Assembly (NCBI GenBank): GCA_964411255.1
Contig: CAYPKD010000006.1
Span: forward strand, 67,097-131,096
Direction: 5' to 3'
From: an uncultured Gammaproteobacteria bacterium
GTDB lineage: Bacteria > Patescibacteriota > Patescibacteriia > UBA11705 > DATKZF01
DNA length: 64,000 bases
Shown piece after piece: positions 59,528-64,000 of the stretch. Numbering within the stretch: the stretch's first letter is position 1; every line of letters begins with the position of its first letter. The translations under genes were made by a program, and so were the position numbers. Under the pieces are notes generated by a model that had not been told where the DNA came from, made no database searches, and was given only the letters and a program-made list of their open reading frames with translations.

Positions 59528-59716
59528 ATGTCTGATGAAGTAAATTATGTTGAAAATTGGGAAGACAAAGCGACTCAATGCCAAAGTTGTAAAAGCTTTC
59601 AGCAAAGAGAAGGCAAAAGCGCCTGTGTGCCTGAAGATAAAAGTTTTGAGCAGGCCTTATCTGAATACGGCGAGGTCTCACCAACAGGACATTGCAATTA
59701 TTTTAAAAGCAAATAA
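59528..59716 (+). CDS. Small four-Cys protein (HiPIP-like spacing)
   Basis: CQSC-x11-C-x22-C ending VSPTGHCNYF. Confidence 0.6.
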   Translation: MSDEVNYVENWEDKATQCQSCKSFQQREGKSACVPEDKSFEQALSEYGEVSPTGHCNYFKSK

Positions 59717-59800
59717 ACAATGAAAATCTTCTCAATATTAAAACAAGGCCTGATAGTCTTGTTTTTTGCTTAATGTCAAATATATTATAAAAATAAACAA

Positions 59801-61912
59801 TCATTCAAAATGCAGCGATATATCCATTCCCTCAACTTTCTTTTTCAACTCTTCAAACTCATCCAAACGATTTACATACTCAACTGCCTCATTCTGGGCT
59901 TTTTTTATTAATTCCAAATCAGTCAAACTGGCGATTTTCAAATCTGGCAAACCAGACTGGCGCGTGCCATAAACTTCGCCAGGTCCGCGCAATTCCAAAT
60001 CCAATTCTGCAAGCTTAAATCCGTCATTATATTTTTCTAAAGCTTTTAATCTTTTATAAGCAATATCAGTTAAATCTTCGCCAAACAAAAAGCAATATGA
60101 CTGCTCCTCTCCCCTACCTACTCTGCCTCGAAACTGATGAAGCTGAGCTAATCCAAATCTGTTCGCCCCTTCAATGACCATAATTGTAGCATTAGGCACA
60201 TCAACTCCAACCTCAACCACAGAAGTCGACACTAATATGTCGAATTTTTTATTCTTCCCGCCAGAGGCGGATCCGCCTTTGGCGGAGAAATTCCGCATAA
60301 TTTCATCTTTTTCTTTTGACTTTAATTTCCCATGCAGCATGCCAATATTTAAATCTGGAAAAATGTGTTTAGATAATTTTTCATATTCTTCAGTCACACT
60401 TTTTACTCCTAATTTATCACTTTCCTCAATCAATGGACAAATTACAAAAACTTGCTGGCCTTGCTTCACTTTATCTTTTATAAATTTATAGGCCTGGGCT
60501 CGCTTATCTTCAGTTACGAGCTTGGTTATAATCGGTTTTCTTCCTTTTGGCTTTTCCTTAATAATTGATAAATCCAAATCACCATATAAAGTTAAAATTA
60601 AAGAACGCGGAATTGGCGTGGCTGTTAGAGATAAAAAGTGCGGCACTAAATTTACTCCGGATTCTATCAATTTTTTCCTCTGTTCAACTCCAAATCGATG
60701 CTGTTCATCAACTGCCACCAATGCTAAATCCTTGATCTTAACCTCTTCTGTAATTAAAGCATGTGTTCCAATCACTAAATCAATTTCTCCACTGGAAAGA
60801 CCCTCTATAATTTTCTTTTTACTTGCTTTCTCATCACCAAAAATTCTTTTATCTGCTCTGGTCAGTAGTGCAACTTTTACTTTTGGTGATAAAAATTTTG
60901 ATAAACTTTCAAAATGCTGTTGAGCTAAAATTTCAGTCGGCGCCATTAATGCGCTCTGAAATCCATTTAATGCTGTATTTAGTATTGCCAAGCCGACTAC
61001 AATTGTTTTGCCAGATCCAACATCTCCTTCAAGCAGCCTGTTCATTGGCTTTTCTTTTTCCAGATCAAGTAAAATTTCCCAGGCAGTTTTTTTCTGATCA
61101 TCAGTTAAGGTGAAAGGCAATTTTTTTACAAAATCTTTTGTAGCTTTTTCTAAGAATTTCACTTTTGGAGACTCTGCTTTTGCTAATTGTTCACGGTATT
61201 TTTGAATTTTTAATTGAATTAAAAATAATTCGTCAAATTTAAGCCTGTCTTTTGCTTTTACTAATAAAGCTTTTGTTTTTGGAAAATGAATATTTTCAAT
61301 TGCTTGGCTTAAATGTAAAAACTTATTTTTTCTTGTCGTCCGAAGCCTTGGCGAAGGACGATTAATTAAATCTTCAGGTAAAAATTCTTTTAAATTCTTA
61401 ACCAAGGGCAAAGCTTGCTTTATCCAATATCTAAACTGCTTTTGAGTTAATCTTCCTGGCACAGAATATACAGGCTGCAGCCTCTTTGTTATGGTGCTAA
61501 AGCTGGTTGCTTTTTCGTAAAAAGGACTGACCATTTGCAAATTATAATTATCATGCACTTTACCAGCTAAATAAACTTCACTGCCAACAGACAGAGTTTT
61601 TGTCAAAAAAGGCTGATTAAACCAAACCACATTAAGCTGACCACTATCATCAGAGACAACAGCTTCAGTAATATTTTTTCTCTGCCTTGGACTTCTTCGA
61701 TTAGCTATCAAATCTACTTTAACCTTGATCGTTGCCACCTCATTTGGCGTCAAATCAGCAATTGTCCGCACTTTAGTAAAGTCATCATAGCGGAAAGGAA
61801 AATAATAAAGCAGATCTTCTAAAGTATTAAGACCTAATTTCTCCAATTGCTTCACTGTTGTCTTTCCAACCCGGTGAAGCCGTTCAATTGACTGATCTAA
61901 GCGCATATTCAT
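59801..61912 (-). CDS. recG: ATP-dependent DNA helicase RecG
   Basis: GDVGSGKT, DEQHRFG, TATPIPR, QLHQFRGRVGR; two small in-frame hairpin insertions. Confidence 0.96.
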   Translation of the reverse strand: MNMRLDQSIERLHRVGKTTVKQLEKLGLNTLEDLLYYFPFRYDDFTKVRTIADLTPNEVATIKVKVDLIANRRSPRQRKNITEAVVSDDSGQLNVVWFNQPFLTKTLSVGSEVYLAGKVHDNYNLQMVSPFYEKATSFSTITKRLQPVYSVPGRLTQKQFRYWIKQALPLVKNLKEFLPEDLINRPSPRLRTTRKNKFLHLSQAIENIHFPKTKALLVKAKDRLKFDELFLIQLKIQKYREQLAKAESPKVKFLEKATKDFVKKLPFTLTDDQKKTAWEILLDLEKEKPMNRLLEGDVGSGKTIVVGLAILNTALNGFQSALMAPTEILAQQHFESLSKFLSPKVKVALLTRADKRIFGDEKASKKKIIEGLSSGEIDLVIGTHALITEEVKIKDLALVAVDEQHRFGVEQRKKLIESGVNLVPHFLSLTATPIPRSLILTLYGDLDLSIIKEKPKGRKPIITKLVTEDKRAQAYKFIKDKVKQGQQVFVICPLIEESDKLGVKSVTEEYEKLSKHIFPDLNIGMLHGKLKSKEKDEIMRNFSAKGGSASGGKNKKFDILVSTSVVEVGVDVPNATIMVIEGANRFGLAQLHQFRGRVGRGEEQSYCFLFGEDLTDIAYKRLKALEKYNDGFKLAELDLELRGPGEVYGTRQSGLPDLKIASLTDLELIKKAQNEAVEYVNRLDEFEELKKKVEGMDISLHFE
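60258..60285. repeat. REP-like palindrome inside recG (encodes SAKGGSASGG)
   Basis: ccgccagaggcggatccgcctttggcgg. Confidence 0.8.
61336..61361. repeat. REP-like hairpin inside recG (encodes RPSPRLRT)
   Basis: tcgtcc-gaagccttggcgaa-ggacga. Confidence 0.7.
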
Positions 61913-62029
61913 ATTTTACTCTAATTTTCAAATTCTTCAAATCAATATTAGTATCCGTTGTATCTGTTACGATCCGTTAATCTGTTTTTATAAAACATGT
62001 AATCTTACAAAAAAAATCCCAGTGCAATG

Positions 62030-62314
62030 TCACTGGGAACCGTTTTCCTGATTTGCTCCGTTATGGCTATCCAAGAACGCAACAAATATGAGTGAGGCAA
62101 ATAAAGCTATAGCACATACTACAGCTATATGCAAGACATAATATACACCATCTGTAACAACATAATTTATAAAATCGACCGGTTCATATCCAAATTCTAT
62201 AATAATCATGCCTATAATATAACATCCGAAAACAAATACAAGGCTAAGCCCACAAATCACCGCTCCTCCCACCATTACCAAATATGGCAGATTATTTATG
62301 TCCCTTTTCATCAT
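62030..62314 (-). CDS. Small two-TM membrane protein
   Basis: ATG 62314 after AGGAG, overlapping the upstream stop (ATGA). Confidence 0.65.
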   Translation of the reverse strand: MMKRDINNLPYLVMVGGAVICGLSLVFVFGCYIIGMIIIEFGYEPVDFINYVVTDGVYYVLHIAVVCAIALFASLIFVAFLDSHNGANQENGSQ

Positions 62315-62577
62315 GACTCTCCTTTTAGCTTTTTTTTCATAAACCATTCATACGACTCTTTTAAACCATCTAGGCATATCATTAAAATTCCTCCAAAATA
62401 CAACAGTGCCCCGCAGCAGCATATTGTTGCAAAAGAAGTATTCATAATCGTTTCAACTATTTCTTTATTAATAAAAAATCTCCCCAAATACCAACAAAAG
62501 GCAAATATTACCGCTGCAATAACTGCAACTACTAAAATTACTACTCCTGCAGATTCAATTCGGTCTTTTTTCATCAC
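62311..62577 (-). CDS. Small two-TM membrane protein
   Basis: GTG start after GAGGAGG; TTGACA promoter upstream. Confidence 0.65.
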   Translation of the reverse strand: MMKKDRIESAGVVILVVAVIAAVIFAFCWYLGRFFINKEIVETIMNTSFATICCCGALLYFGGILMICLDGLKESYEWFMKKKLKGES

Positions 62578-62696
62578 GCACCTCCTCTCGCCTATCCTAC
62601 TTTAACTGTCCCATAATACAAATTTTTTGTCAAAAAAAAAGCAGATTAAATCTACTTTCAAAATGGCCTGCCATCCGAAACCCAAAGGGTGAAGGA

Positions 62697-62773
62697 TGGC
62701 GTACCCGACAGGAATCGAACCTGTAACCTCCAGCTCCGCAAGCTGACGCTCTATCCGGTTGAGCTACGGGTAC
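62697..62773 (-). tRNA. tRNA-Arg(GCG)
   Basis: GTACCCGTAGCTCAACCGGATAGAGCG-TCAGC-TTGCGGA-GCTGG-...GGTTCGATTCC...GGGTACGCCA. Confidence 0.93.
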
Positions 62774-62833
62774 TTATTTTAAAAAAATTCCAAAAATGGA
62801 ATCTTTATTAAAGAATCAAATTTAATTTAGACT

Positions 62834-63334
62834 TTACATCTTTAAAACTTTTGCCAGTCTCTCAGACAATTCTTCTTCTTCTCTTTCCAAATCTTCTTCT
62901 AAATACTGATTTAATATTTCCCTTATCCTTATCGGATCAACATTTTCCAAAGGAATTGGAAGATTTTTCTTGAATTTATTTTTAAAATCAAGATAGAGTA
63001 ATTTGGCAATATGAGGTTTATAAATCATCCAAAAACCTTCAATTTCTTCATATCTATAAAATTTCCTGCCAACTATAATACCGTCTTCTGTAATTGCCGC
63101 TTCAACGTCATGAGGTTTTTGAAAATGCTGAATCACTCCAATAAATGCTGCTAAAATTAAAATAACTGCAAACAAAATATTTTTTGTCCAAACAGCATAA
63201 ATCACTAAAATACCCAAAACTATTACAGCTGCGATATACCACTTTTTACTTCTTTCATGCGTAGCAAACTCTGGGAAATGCCAATTAATTAGCAAGTCCT
63301 CATGCTCTGAATTTTTATCATTTATTTCCTCCAT
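62834..63334 (-). CDS. Conserved two-TM hypothetical protein
   Basis: W.FPEF..HERSKKWY, two TM segments, ITEDGI.VG..FY.Y. Confidence 0.8.
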   Translation of the reverse strand: MEEINDKNSEHEDLLINWHFPEFATHERSKKWYIAAVIVLGILVIYAVWTKNILFAVILILAAFIGVIQHFQKPHDVEAAITEDGIIVGRKFYRYEEIEGFWMIYKPHIAKLLYLDFKNKFKKNLPIPLENVDPIRIREILNQYLEEDLEREEEELSERLAKVLKM

Positions 63335-63409
63335 ATTTTTTATATTATTTTTTTTTATTTACAATATTGGCCTGCCAGCCGAAACTCGAACGTAAGTGAG
63401 AATGAAGGC

Positions 63410-63500
63410 TGGCGGAGAGGGCGGGAGTTGAACCCGCAAACCGTTTTTTACACGGTTACGGTTTAGCAAACCGCTGCCTTACCATTCGGCGCACCTCTCC
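63410..63500 (-). tRNA. tRNA-Ser(GCT)
   Basis: GGAGAGG acceptor, anticodon loop TTGCTAA, long variable arm, encoded CCA. Confidence 0.93.
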
Positions 63501-63584
63501 ATAAAAAGGGTATAAGTCATGAATAAAACTAAAGAAAAAATTGACTTTATGGTCTGCCATCCGTAGCTCCAAAAGAGCGAAGGA

Positions 63585-63674
<90 letters not shown>

Positions 63675-64000
63675 AAATTTTGCTTTTGCAAAATTGGATG
63701 AAGAAGCGGAATTGATGTGAGTGAATATTTATATATATAAAATAAGGTAAAATTTTCCCACATCTGATATCCACGTCTTTTATCCAACTGTTACTAAATT
63801 TACAGTAAAATAACAAATTTTTCAACAGTTCAGCAAGATAAATCATTATAACACGAATTGATAAAAATGTAAATACTATACTCTTAAATATTTACTTATT
63901 GCAAGACCACTACTTATTGCAGTTAAAATTATCACACTTATCAATTCCAATCCGAAAACAAACAAAAAGTGACTGTTAAAATATGACACTAAATCAAATC

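Overview
A low-GC bacterial chromosome segment. Gene content and style suggest Patescibacteria/CPR, probably an ABY1-type Parcubacterium; this is inference from pilin-hydrolase fusions, a giant LamG protein, SD-less core genes and tRNA-Arg(GCG). The core backbone comprises UvrD/PcrA, queH, gatC/gatA, ligA, gap, rseP, murI, a phosphohexomutase, lemA, htpX, clpC, radA, recG and three tRNAs. It is interrupted by a visibly more GC-rich, all + strand accessory block at about 11.7-26.3 kb. Two structures in that block stand out. (1) A DIP1984/DUF6847-like coiled-coil gene is followed by a ~300-nt non-coding region closed by a long-range stem and containing ten NTYAGNN-like heptads, a candidate protein+ncRNA system. 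(2) A 7-kb cassette-like gene array has nine copies of a ~67-bp double-hairpin element with compensatory substitutions, each just after a stop codon. These separate small membrane proteins, Cys/Asp-rich MopE-repeat lipoproteins, a T4 Rnl1-like RNA ligase and an HTH gene. The array lies behind a consensus promoter and a terminator-containing leader, and no integrase is visible in the window. Also present: a probable orphan DGR target (VR-like 3' end), a nonsense-interrupted four-helix-bundle gene between gatC and gatA, REP-like hairpins inserted in frame in recG and pairing with tRNA CCA ends, a duplicated queH 3' end, and many 7-9-mer intergenic repeat tracts. All calls were made by eye, without database searches.
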